Below are positions 16,430 through 24,780 of a stretch of 51,923 bases of DNA, piece after piece. The DNA lies in the IMG/VR virus record IMGVR_UViG_3300017996_000002, positions 1 through 51,923 of that record; one strand, written 5' to 3'. The translations under genes and the position numbers were made by a program. The DNA comes from a virus. Its lineage: Duplodnaviria > Caudoviricetes. Numbering within the stretch: position 1 is the stretch's first letter; the number at the start of each line of letters is the position of its first letter. The notes beneath the pieces are model-generated. The model made no database searches, was not told where the DNA came from, and saw only the letters and a program-made list of their open reading frames with translations.

Positions 16430-18655
16430 ATGATTCCAACGTTCGATTTTGAGTTCCGCGGCGACGCCGGATACGTATACGATTACGCCGGCCGCAAATG
16501 GGGACCGTTGCCCGGATTTTCGAAACAGAAAAAGGGGTTGCCCGCAGTCGGCTTGCATGCGTTCGTCGAGCATTACTCTTTTCGACCATTGCTCCTCGCG
16601 TACGATTTGACGCCCGAGCTAGGCGGCGCCACGGTGAAGCAATGGGAACTCGGGCAAGACTTCGACGTCTTGCAGCCGCTATTCGCCCACCTACGGGCCG
16701 GCGGTTTGATAGAAGGGCATTACGTCGCGACCGAGCGCGTTGTCTGGAATCGCTATTGCGTCCCCGTGTACGACTGGCCGCCCATCACAATCGAACAGAC
16801 GCGGTGCAGTTCGGTGAAGTCGAGGGCTGCCGGATACCCTAGCTCGCTCGGCGATGCAACAGCCGTGCTTAAAACGCCGATACAAAAAGATCCGGAGGGC
16901 AAACGGCTGATGAAAATATTTTCAATGCCGCACAAGTGGACGAAGAAAATACCGCGGACGCACACGCAACCGCGCGAAGCGCCCGAGGAGTGGGCGCGGT
17001 ACAAATCGTACAACGTCGACGATATTGTGTCAGCGTCGCAACTATCCGCGCGTTGCCCGGATCTCACGCCGTCCGAATTGCGCCTATGGTTCCTCGACCA
17101 ACAGATCAATGATCGCGGAATGGCTGTCGATCGCAAGGGCGTCAAGGATTGCATCGCAGTTGTAAATCAGGCTTACGCGAAGTACGGCGCCGAACACATC
17201 GCGCTAACCGGCGGCATTAAACCGACCGAACTTTTACAGATGAAAAAGTGGCTCGCGGCGCGCGGCGTTCATATGTACGATATGACCGAAAAGACAATCG
17301 ACGAGACGGCCGACAAGCTTGGCGCCGCGACGTCCCTATCGCCCGAGCAAGCCGGAGCGTTGCGCGCATTGCGCATCCGCCAAGTGCTCGCGAGCGCCAG
17401 CGTTAAGAAGCTTTTCGCCCTCGACGCTATGACGGCGCGCGATGGGCGCGTGCGCGAAATGTATATGATGCATGCCACGCACCACGGCCGGACCGGCGGA
17501 TATGGCCCGCAGCCAGCGAATTTGTATAAGGGGGAATGGCACACGCCCGAGGAGGTTAACGCCGCGCTTACCGTGCTGGCGTCGCGTTCGCTCGATACCG
17601 TCGAACGAGCGTACCCGAAATTATCGGCGCTCGACGTGGTCAACAATTGTTTGCGCTCGCTGTTCGTCGCGGCTCCCGGGCATACGCTGATCTCGTCGGA
17701 TTATTCGGCGATTGAGGGCGTCGTGCTCGCGGCCCTCGCGGGTGAGTCGTGGGTACTCGAAGTGTTCCACACGCACGGGATGATATACGAGGCGCAAATT
17801 GCGCGCATGATCGGCGTCCCGTTTGAAGATTTCGTAAAGCATCGGGTCGATACCGGCGGCACGGCGACGTACGGCCCTGATGGTAAGCTGATCGGTATCA
17901 AGGGCGGCAAGCATCACCCGTTACGCCAACAGGGCAAGCTCGCGGTCCTGTCCGGCGGCTACGCGTCATGGATCAACGGCTGGAAAAAATTCGGGGCGGA
18001 CGAATATTATGATGGGGACCGCGAGATCAAGGCCGCGATTATGTCATACCGAAATTCTGTCCCGGCTATCGTCGAATTTTGGGGCGGACAGACGCGCGAT
18101 AAGTTTCGCAACAGCGAACGCGAGGAACTTTACGGGCTCGAAGGCGCCGCCATAGCGGCCGTGTTGAAACCCGGCGAGTGCTTCCGAGTGGGCGCCATAG
18201 CCCTCCAGATGGGAGGGGACACCCTTTACATGCAATTGCCGAGTGGTCGGACGATTCCGTATCATTCGCCGCGCCTACGCCCCGCCACGCGGGATTACGC
18301 GAGCCCGTGGGAATTGGCCCTAACATACGAGGGCTGGAATTCGAACCCCGAAAAAGGGCCGCCCGCTTGGATCGAAATGGACTTGTACGGCGGCGTGTTG
18401 ACTCAGAACGCGACCGGGGGCACGGCGCGCGATATCCAGATGCACGGCATGGAAAACGTCACGGCCGCCGGGTACCCGATCGTCATGCACACCTATGACG
18501 AGACCGTGGCCGAGGTTCCGCTAATCGAGACGCTGTCCGCGAAGTCCGTCGCAGGGCTCGAACAAGGGCTAAACGACTTGCCGGCGTACGCGAAGGGCTG
18601 GCCCATATTCGCTAAGGGCGGATGGCTCGGCCCGCGCTATGGTAAATGGGATTGA
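16430..18655 (+). CDS. Family A DNA polymerase with 3'-5' exonuclease domain
   Basis: Exo FDFEF and YNVDD; INDRG; HGR..G.GPQPANL; motif A SSDYSAIE; motif B RQQGKLAVLSGGY; motif C VMHTYDE. Confidence 0.93.
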   Translation: MIPTFDFEFRGDAGYVYDYAGRKWGPLPGFSKQKKGLPAVGLHAFVEHYSFRPLLLAYDLTPELGGATVKQWELGQDFDVLQPLFAHLRAGGLIEGHYVATERVVWNRYCVPVYDWPPITIEQTRCSSVKSRAAGYPSSLGDATAVLKTPIQKDPEGKRLMKIFSMPHKWTKKIPRTHTQPREAPEEWARYKSYNVDDIVSASQLSARCPDLTPSELRLWFLDQQINDRGMAVDRKGVKDCIAVVNQAYAKYGAEHIALTGGIKPTELLQMKKWLAARGVHMYDMTEKTIDETADKLGAATSLSPEQAGALRALRIRQVLASASVKKLFALDAMTARDGRVREMYMMHATHHGRTGGYGPQPANLYKGEWHTPEEVNAALTVLASRSLDTVERAYPKLSALDVVNNCLRSLFVAAPGHTLISSDYSAIEGVVLAALAGESWVLEVFHTHGMIYEAQIARMIGVPFEDFVKHRVDTGGTATYGPDGKLIGIKGGKHHPLRQQGKLAVLSGGYASWINGWKKFGADEYYDGDREIKAAIMSYRNSVPAIVEFWGGQTRDKFRNSEREELYGLEGAAIAAVLKPGECFRVGAIALQMGGDTLYMQLPSGRTIPYHSPRLRPATRDYASPWELALTYEGWNSNPEKGPPAWIEMDLYGGVLTQNATGGTARDIQMHGMENVTAAGYPIVMHTYDETVAEVPLIETLSAKSVAGLEQGLNDLPAYAKGWPIFAKGGWLGPRYGKWD

Positions 18656-18663
18656 TGTAGAAC

Positions 18664-18706
18664 TGTGACGGAAGTCTCGACGCTTCGGTCAGTTTTTAGG
18701 CATAGT
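18664..18706 (+). promoter_or_regulatory. Class II CRP-like promoter with overlapping operator
   Basis: TGTGA-cggaag-TCTCG, 21 nt, CATAGT. Operator CGACgcttcgGTCA at 18678-18691. The predicted +1 is the ATG at 18713. Confidence 0.7.
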
Positions 18707-18712
18707 GTTTAC

Positions 18713-18799
18713 ATGCTTCGCATCAAACCATCCCCTGAAATGCGAAAAACCCGGCCGCATCCTGACGCCGGCCGTCATCAACGGCGCAACGCCGCTTAA
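18713..18799 (+). CDS. Possible leaderless leader peptide (28 aa)
   Basis: MLRIKPSPEMRKTRPHPDAGRHQRRNAA starts exactly at the predicted +1. Confidence 0.35.
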   Translation: MLRIKPSPEMRKTRPHPDAGRHQRRNAA

Positions 18800-18826
18800 G
18801 ACGATTTTAACAACGGAGATAAACGA

Positions 18827-19603
18827 ATGAAATTGACAAAAGTGATCGTTAAAAAATGGGATGCTTGCGCCGAAGGGTACAAGTATTTCTTAGAGAATTT
18901 CCCGCAAGGCGGGGACTATGCAGCCGTGCAGTCCAAGCTACACGCCGACAAAAAATTTGAATGGGCGTCATGGCTCACGAACGCAGCATGGAAGGCCGCA
19001 TTTGAGACGCCGGCCGAAATGTACGCGCTGACAAAATCGGAAGTCGATCAAACGATTGCAGACGCGAAGGATTCGCCACAATCAGCCACGGGCTACGGCA
19101 GCACGGCGGCGAGTTCGGGCGACGGCAGCAAGGCGGCGAGTTCGGGCAACTACAGCAAGGCAGCGAGTTCGGGCTACGGCAGCACGGCGGCGAGTTCGGG
19201 CGACGGCAGCACGGCGGCGAGTTCGGGCAACTACAGCAAGGCGGCAAGTTCGGGCAACTACAGCAAGGCGGCGAGTTCGGGCAACTACAGCAAGGCGGCG
19301 AGTTCGGGCGACGGCAGCACGGCGGCGAGTTCGGGCTACGGCAGCACGGCGGCGAGTTCGGGCTACGGCAGCAAGGCGGCGAGTTCGGGCGACGGCAGCA
19401 CGGCGGCGAGTTCGGGCTACGGCACCGTTGCCTTTGTGGCTGGCATCGATGGGTCGGCAAAGGCCGGCGACAACGGCTGTATCGCACTGTGCTACTACGA
19501 CGGCAAGCGCAATCGAGTGCTCGTCGGCTATGTCGGCGAGGATGGGATCGAGGCTGACACGTTCTATGTCGCTCGCGGAGGGAAATTAGTCAAGCAAGTC
19601 TGA
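18827..19603 (+). CDS. Nonapeptide-repeat phage protein (SSGxxSxAA repeats)
   Basis: GGAG RBS; about 12.5 repeats; C-terminal VGYVGEDGIEADTFY. Confidence 0.85.
   Translation: MKLTKVIVKKWDACAEGYKYFLENFPQGGDYAAVQSKLHADKKFEWASWLTNAAWKAAFETPAEMYALTKSEVDQTIADAKDSPQSATGYGSTAASSGDGSKAASSGNYSKAASSGYGSTAASSGDGSTAASSGNYSKAASSGNYSKAASSGNYSKAASSGDGSTAASSGYGSTAASSGYGSKAASSGDGSTAASSGYGTVAFVAGIDGSAKAGDNGCIALCYYDGKRNRVLVGYVGEDGIEADTFYVARGGKLVKQV
19085..19423 (+). repeat. 27-nt coding tandem repeat
   Basis: Units such as GGCTACGGCAGCACGGCGGCGAGTTCG. Confidence 0.9.
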
Positions 19604-19607
19604 GGGT

Positions 19608-19638
19608 AAAAAAAAGCCCCCTATTATGAGTAGGGGGC
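19608..19638 (-). terminator. Rho-independent terminator for the late/lysis transcript (possibly bidirectional)
   Basis: GCCCCCTA-loop-TAGGGGGC hairpin with an A8 run on the plus strand (a U-tract on minus), between convergent genes. Confidence 0.8.
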
Positions 19639-19678
19639 TAGCTGTACGCGCGAGGGGGAGTGAGTCTCGCGACGTGTT

Positions 19679-20119
19679 TCAGAGGGAGTCGACAAGCGAC
19701 GCCGTATAAGCCTTGAAATCTTCGGAGGTGTAAAAATGTTCTTGCCGTAGGTCTTTGTTGTCGCCGTCCCATGAGGAGCGGCCGTACTTGTGGACGGCGT
19801 ACCAGTATTCAAAGGCTCCTACGTTCGACATTCCCTCGGCTTTGAGCGCGGCACGCAACGTGTTGTCAGCCCAATCCTTGCCCCGAGTCCGATCGCCGCC
19901 GTAAAGCCAATCGTGAAGCGCTGCGGGGCGTCTGGATAGGCCGTCGCGATCGAGGTTCGGTAGCCAGTCGATCATATGGGGAATCGACGCCATATCTGTG
20001 ATGAAACCTTGGGGGACGGTGATCATTTCCCCATGGTCCGTCCAAACGAGGGGCGCCCCGAACCGCCAAAGGTCGGGGCGCTTATCGATCGCTATCAAGT
20101 CGAGTTCGGTCAGAAACAT
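19679..20119 (-). CDS. DUF1353-family protein
   Basis: ITVPQGFITDMASIP...AALHDWLY...AD. Confidence 0.85.
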   Translation of the reverse strand: MFLTELDLIAIDKRPDLWRFGAPLVWTDHGEMITVPQGFITDMASIPHMIDWLPNLDRDGLSRRPAALHDWLYGGDRTRGKDWADNTLRAALKAEGMSNVGAFEYWYAVHKYGRSSWDGDNKDLRQEHFYTSEDFKAYTASLVDSL

Positions 20120-20120
20120 G

Positions 20121-20558
20121 TTACCCGCCCGCGTCGGTGATCACCCACTTGCACACGGTAGCGATTGCGAGTTGCGTACTTGACGAAATAGCGCCCTGAG
20201 TCGCGATTGATATCTGAGCTTGTATCGCCTCGGTAACGGCCGCGGTCAAGATACCCGCGAGAATCTGATCAGCCGCGGGCAAATTGAGCGCGAGAACTTT
20301 GTTGTTGATCAGTTTCTCGACGTCGGGCAAAGCGACGGACACGCCGGTATCAGCGGCAAGTACGGCCTTCGCGATTGAAACAATACGCGCGGCTTTCACG
20401 GCGTCGCCTTTGACTACCGAAGCAACAGCCACGGCGACGGCGGCCTGTTCGAGCGGCACGGCGGCCGGCGACTGGGTGTAGGCGTTGATCGCCGCGCATC
20501 CGTCGAGGGTGAGCATGGACAACATGCATAAGGCGAAACTCGATCGGGCGTTTCTCAT
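20121..20558 (-). CDS. Lipoprotein in lysis cassette (possible spanin-like)
   Basis: MRNARSSFALCMLSMLTLDG|C is lipobox-like; the gene follows the holin. Confidence 0.55.
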   Translation of the reverse strand: MRNARSSFALCMLSMLTLDGCAAINAYTQSPAAVPLEQAAVAVAVASVVKGDAVKAARIVSIAKAVLAADTGVSVALPDVEKLINNKVLALNLPAADQILAGILTAAVTEAIQAQISIATQGAISSSTQLAIATVCKWVITDAGG

Positions 20559-20794
20559 GGCTTCGGATCTCCAATGGTGGGGGAAAGCGTGATGGCTGCC
20601 GGCTTCTTTTCCTGATACGCGATCAGTATGACGGCGACGACAGTCGACACGGTATGAATTGCAGTCGCGGACAATCCGAGACTCGCGAGAAAATCCGGCG
20701 TGATGTACGGTAAAGCATTCCCGATGATCCCGATAGCGGCGCCGAAGTAATTCGAGATTTGTTTTAACTGAGGCTTGACAATTGACTCAGACAT
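20555..20794 (-). CDS. Putative holin (2 TM)
   Basis: 79 aa with two hydrophobic segments, directly after the endolysin. Confidence 0.65.
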   Translation of the reverse strand: MSESIVKPQLKQISNYFGAAIGIIGNALPYITPDFLASLGLSATAIHTVSTVVAVILIAYQEKKPAAITLSPTIGDPKP

Positions 20795-20804
20795 GTGATT
20801 GCTC

Positions 20805-21329
20805 CTACTTAATGGCGGCAGTATACACCGTTAGTAGGCGGCGCATCCACCCCAATTCGAACACCGCCGAATTGAGCTTCGCATAATGCACGGCCCGATG
20901 GGCGGCGTACTCTAGCGCTAAAGCGTCATGATCCGCGTGCGCCGTTATGGCGGCTATTGTACCCGCCCCGACTACCTGATCAACTTTGACGTTGAGCGCC
21001 TGTTGCAGAAGCATTACGGCGGTTCCCGGCCCTTCGTTGACGCCACCGTCAAACGCGAGCGCGGCCACGCCGGACGCGGTCCCCACGATTTGGGCCGCGC
21101 CGGTCGTGACCCACTGATCGCATTCGTACAAATGCGTGACGTGCGCGACAGTCAGATCCTTAACGTTCGCCGGCATGGTTGGGTCCGAATGTTGCCCGTG
21201 GGCGTTGACGTGGTCGAGATATTTTTGCGTGATTCCCATGTTGGTAGGGCCGCCCGGGTCTTTCGGGTTGTTCACATACCCGCCCTCAAGCTTGATCGTC
21301 AACGCGATTATTTCGGCTTGCGTCATCAT
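20805..21329 (-). CDS. Endolysin, glycoside hydrolase family 108
   Basis: EGGYVNNPKDPGGPTNMGIT; FDGGVN.G; LQQAL; F..GWMRR. Confidence 0.92.
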   Translation of the reverse strand: MMTQAEIIALTIKLEGGYVNNPKDPGGPTNMGITQKYLDHVNAHGQHSDPTMPANVKDLTVAHVTHLYECDQWVTTGAAQIVGTASGVAALAFDGGVNEGPGTAVMLLQQALNVKVDQVVGAGTIAAITAHADHDALALEYAAHRAVHYAKLNSAVFELGWMRRLLTVYTAAIK

Positions 21330-21339
21330 CTGGAAACCC

Positions 21340-21603
21340 TCAATGTTTTACCCATTCAATTAGTCCCGTGACTGAGGCTCCGACAGTCGCCGCCGCGCAT
21401 GTCACGGCCCATAGCGCGCCCTTGCCACGGTCTAACGTGCCGTTTAATTCGGTTACGGCTGTCGTCAATTTCGCGACCTGAACCGCGAGAGCGTCTATCT
21501 TGACGTCGTGGGCGGCCCGCGTCTCGCGCAACGCCGTGACTTGCTCGCGCAAATCGTGGATCGTATCGGCGTCGGCTCGTGCCATCATGTGAATATCGCT
21601 CAT
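21340..21603 (-). CDS. Coiled-coil protein with C-terminal TM (lysis-associated)
   Basis: Heptad region followed by GKGALWAVTCAAATVGASV; precedes the endolysin. Confidence 0.6.
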   Translation of the reverse strand: MSDIHMMARADADTIHDLREQVTALRETRAAHDVKIDALAVQVAKLTTAVTELNGTLDRGKGALWAVTCAAATVGASVTGLIEWVKH

Positions 21604-21604
21604 A

Positions 21605-22795
21605 TCAGTTGCCCGTCGCGATGTAGAAATAATCTTGCGTCACACCCACATTGCACGTAAAGCCCGTCTTACTCGGCAAGCCGGTCAGGTAATACGTTGC
21701 GCCCGCGCCGACGGGCGTCATGGTAACGGCCGTGCATGCATTCGGGAATGCCGGCGAGAACGCGACCGAATTTGAGCCGTTCGTCAGCGCTACAATGCCG
21801 CTTCGAACAATTTGCGTCGCGGCCTGTGCCGCCACAACAGCCTTTACGAATGCCGTTGTGGCAAGCTTCGCCGAATCGTCCGAGGTTGCCGGCGTCGGCG
21901 CCGTGGGGACGCCCGAGAGCGTCGGGGATGCGAGGGGGGCATAGGTTGCCAGGGCTGCCGCGAGCGCGGCCTTTACGAACGCCGTCGTGCCGATTTGGGT
22001 TGAATTTGACGCGGTCGGCGCGGTCGGCGCCGTGGGCGTGCCTGTCAATGCCGGCGAATTGATCGGGGCGAGGCCGGCTGTTGATACGCCGGTATTCCAT
22101 AAATCCCCGCCGTCCGAATATACGCTCGTCGGCGTGTTGGATCCGGCTGGTATTGTTACGGAGTTCGAGCCCCCGTTTACGGCGGCCGATATGGTAAACG
22201 CGCCCGCCATAATATTGACGATAATCCAATTGCCTATAAGCCCGGCCGGAAACACTATCTGTAGATTGCCGGTCAGCGTTCCCTCAAGAATTATAATCGG
22301 TTTGGAAAAAATATTCGGCGGCAAAGCGACACTGCCCGAAGCGACCGCAACCAATCCCGCGCCGTAATTAGCTACGGGAGCCCATCCGGCATTCCCCGAA
22401 CTCGTGTCGGGATTTGCCGAATTGCCGGCCGATTGATTTAACCAATAGCCCGTTCCGTCGGCCCTGGCGACTAAGGCGCCGACGGGGTATCCGCCAATTG
22501 CGGAAGCGCGCGCCGCGTTAAATGCGGGTAAAGCGCCAGCCGCGAGCGCCGCGATGTTTGCCGTGATCATGTACAAAATACCATTCATGTCCTGCCCGAA
22601 GAACGGTAACCCGCCCGAGGCTTCGGCCGTCATGGTCGACGGCGGGAATGCATCCGTGAACGAAGCTTGATTCGGCGTAACCAAAATCTGCGACGGAACA
22701 GGTATCGGCAACGTTATATAAGTCGGATTCGATGCGCCCGAGCCGAACGGCTGAGTGATCAAATTATTGGTTGCATTTGGGTCGGGCGTGGACAT
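21605..22795 (-). CDS. Tail fibre protein
   Basis: N-terminal PFFGQDMNGILY...IGGYPVGALV fibre anchor; two AP..SP.L.G.PTAPT...TTAFVKA repeats. Confidence 0.85.
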   Translation of the reverse strand: MSTPDPNATNNLITQPFGSGASNPTYITLPIPVPSQILVTPNQASFTDAFPPSTMTAEASGGLPFFGQDMNGILYMITANIAALAAGALPAFNAARASAIGGYPVGALVARADGTGYWLNQSAGNSANPDTSSGNAGWAPVANYGAGLVAVASGSVALPPNIFSKPIIILEGTLTGNLQIVFPAGLIGNWIIVNIMAGAFTISAAVNGGSNSVTIPAGSNTPTSVYSDGGDLWNTGVSTAGLAPINSPALTGTPTAPTAPTASNSTQIGTTAFVKAALAAALATYAPLASPTLSGVPTAPTPATSDDSAKLATTAFVKAVVAAQAATQIVRSGIVALTNGSNSVAFSPAFPNACTAVTMTPVGAGATYYLTGLPSKTGFTCNVGVTQDYFYIATGN

Positions 22796-22812
22796 AGTTT
22801 TCTCAGTTTACG

Positions 22813-24780
22813 CTAAGGGGTTACGATCGTAAAGGCGACGCCCGGGGGAACGGGAATCACGCCGGATTGCTGCAAAATCGCCAATTGGATGGGCGTAGGC
22901 GTAAAATTCAGATTGAAACTCATAGCCATGACGCCCGTGCTTTGCACATATGCCTGACCGACACCGTAGAGAATTTGCAATAACTGATTCAAAGCCGGAA
23001 CCGTGGTCGCGGCAATATTGGCGAACGCCTTCGCGAGAATCAATTGACGGTACGAATTATCGCTTAGCAAATATGCTTGCGTGGCGTTGTGCCCCGTGTA
23101 CATCGCGCCGTCGCCGCCGAGAGTCGGACCTCGATTATCGGCCATCGTCTGCCAGTCTTGCGACGGATAAACTTGAGGCGGAATATCGAAGCCGACGTAC
23201 GGCGTTGTATTTGGAATCTGCAACAACCGCGATACCTTCACGATTCGCCCGAGTATGTCTAGGCCGAACCCTTGAGCCGTATCAACGTTCCACACGTATG
23301 TCAAGAAATTTGCGAAGTTCGCCGATTGATCACAATATTCGTTCATGTTGTCAATGAGCTTGAGCAACGTAGGTGAGTTCGCGTACTGCGAAATGACGGT
23401 AGGCTCGTAATTGAAAAGCGTATCAGTCGGGGGCGGCCCCGAGGAAACCACGAACCCGACGAGCGAGCCCACGGCGATCCAAATGGGGAACGGAATTCCC
23501 GGCCCGATGTTTTGTGAAAGCACTATACCGGCCGGAACCGTGGTCGAGGCGGCAATACCGATCGCGCCCGGGAGTAATCCGAGATTCGCGAGCGCGGTCA
23601 GGGCGTCGGCTTCGCTCAATCCGATAAGGTCCGGAACCTGAACGGCCGCGCGGCCCTGCGATATCTCAAGACTGATGGACGATCCAGCCGTCGCATATGT
23701 ACCGCCGAGCGGCGATTGCAGCACGACGTTACCCGGGATGATTAGAACATCATCGATAGCAGTTACGTCGCCGAGCACGAAGCCCGCGGCTTGAATAGCG
23801 GCGATTGCGAGAGCTTCGGACAAGTTCTCGACATTAGGCACGAGCACGCCGGCTGATTCAGTGAGATTGACGGGAGAACCGAAAGGGGTAACAGTTCCGC
23901 CGATAGGGGATTGAGAAAGTACGGTAGTCGGCGGCGATGCGCTCGCGACAGTCGTCACAGTTCCGACGATAAGGCCGGCGGCTATAATGTCCGCTTGTGC
24001 AATTGCGTCGAGTAATCCGAGCACATCCGGAACGGTCGCCGTACACGAGACTGTCGGAAAAGCCGCGACCGGTGGTGTGAAGTTCGTCGAATATCGAGTG
24101 ACGCCCGACGTGATGCGAATGTCCGAAAAGTAATTAGGAGAGCCGCCCGCGCCGCCGACGAATGCACTAGTGTCAGCATCATAGTAACCGTTGAGTGTGA
24201 CATGCCCCGCTATCGGAGTAAGCGCATACAACGCGCTATCAGGCGTCCACCCCGAGCCCACGCCGTCAATGAATATCTGTAAATTTACATAACCCGGATG
24301 CGTTGCATTAGGGCGGGCTTCCGCCGCGAAATGATGCCAGGTCGCGGCGGTAAATCCCGACACTACCGATACGCTAGTATTGAAAGCATTGACGTTAAGC
24401 GTTGCATTGCCGCTACCGTCACTCCCGATTAAAAGACCGCTTAACTGTCCCGAAATTTCCTCGCCTATCGTCAATAGTTGCTGAACAAAGCTTGCAGTTG
24501 CGGTCGCGTAAATCCATCCTTCTACGGTCCACGCGCTGACGATGCTTAGGTCGAATACCGATCCCGCGATAAAAGGTGCGGAGTACACCACGGAAGGAAG
24601 GGGGGAACTGAATGGGCTTTCAAGTGATTCTGCCAGCCCCACGGGATTCGCAGGGGACGACACATACGACGCTGCAGATAGAAGCGTAAACGGCGGATTG
24701 GCTACATTCGACGAATCGTCGGCATTGCCGTTCAACGGCAGCAACAAAACAACGCTAGACCAATTAGGATCGCAACTCAT
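22813..24780 (-). CDS. Baseplate wedge protein (DUF2612) fused to an N-terminal LamG-like domain and three PASTA domains
   Basis: C-terminal TVISQYANSPTL...WNVDTAQGFGLDILGRIV...YRQLILAKAFANI; N-terminal WTVEGWIY...WHHFA...SDIRITSGVTRY; central VPDVLG/VPNVEN/VPDLIG...VLSQSP repeats. Confidence 0.85.
   Translation of the reverse strand: MSCDPNWSSVVLLLPLNGNADDSSNVANPPFTLLSAASYVSSPANPVGLAESLESPFSSPLPSVVYSAPFIAGSVFDLSIVSAWTVEGWIYATATASFVQQLLTIGEEISGQLSGLLIGSDGSGNATLNVNAFNTSVSVVSGFTAATWHHFAAEARPNATHPGYVNLQIFIDGVGSGWTPDSALYALTPIAGHVTLNGYYDADTSAFVGGAGGSPNYFSDIRITSGVTRYSTNFTPPVAAFPTVSCTATVPDVLGLLDAIAQADIIAAGLIVGTVTTVASASPPTTVLSQSPIGGTVTPFGSPVNLTESAGVLVPNVENLSEALAIAAIQAAGFVLGDVTAIDDVLIIPGNVVLQSPLGGTYATAGSSISLEISQGRAAVQVPDLIGLSEADALTALANLGLLPGAIGIAASTTVPAGIVLSQNIGPGIPFPIWIAVGSLVGFVVSSGPPPTDTLFNYEPTVISQYANSPTLLKLIDNMNEYCDQSANFANFLTYVWNVDTAQGFGLDILGRIVKVSRLLQIPNTTPYVGFDIPPQVYPSQDWQTMADNRGPTLGGDGAMYTGHNATQAYLLSDNSYRQLILAKAFANIAATTVPALNQLLQILYGVGQAYVQSTGVMAMSFNLNFTPTPIQLAILQQSGVIPVPPGVAFTIVTP

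Noticed and set aside
19085-19423. 27-nt periodic repeats here and at 49101-49361 as possible CRISPR or mini-arrays
   Set aside because: The units are contiguous with no unique spacers, the period is a multiple of 3, and they lie inside ORFs with good RBSs.
18827-19603. GYGST resemblance to ice-nucleation protein repeats
   Set aside because: The period is 9 aa rather than 8/16, there is no TxT ladder and there is no export signal.
21605-22795. Diversity-generating retroelement or invertible fibre cassette
   Set aside because: No reverse transcriptase, template/variable repeat pair or invertase was seen.
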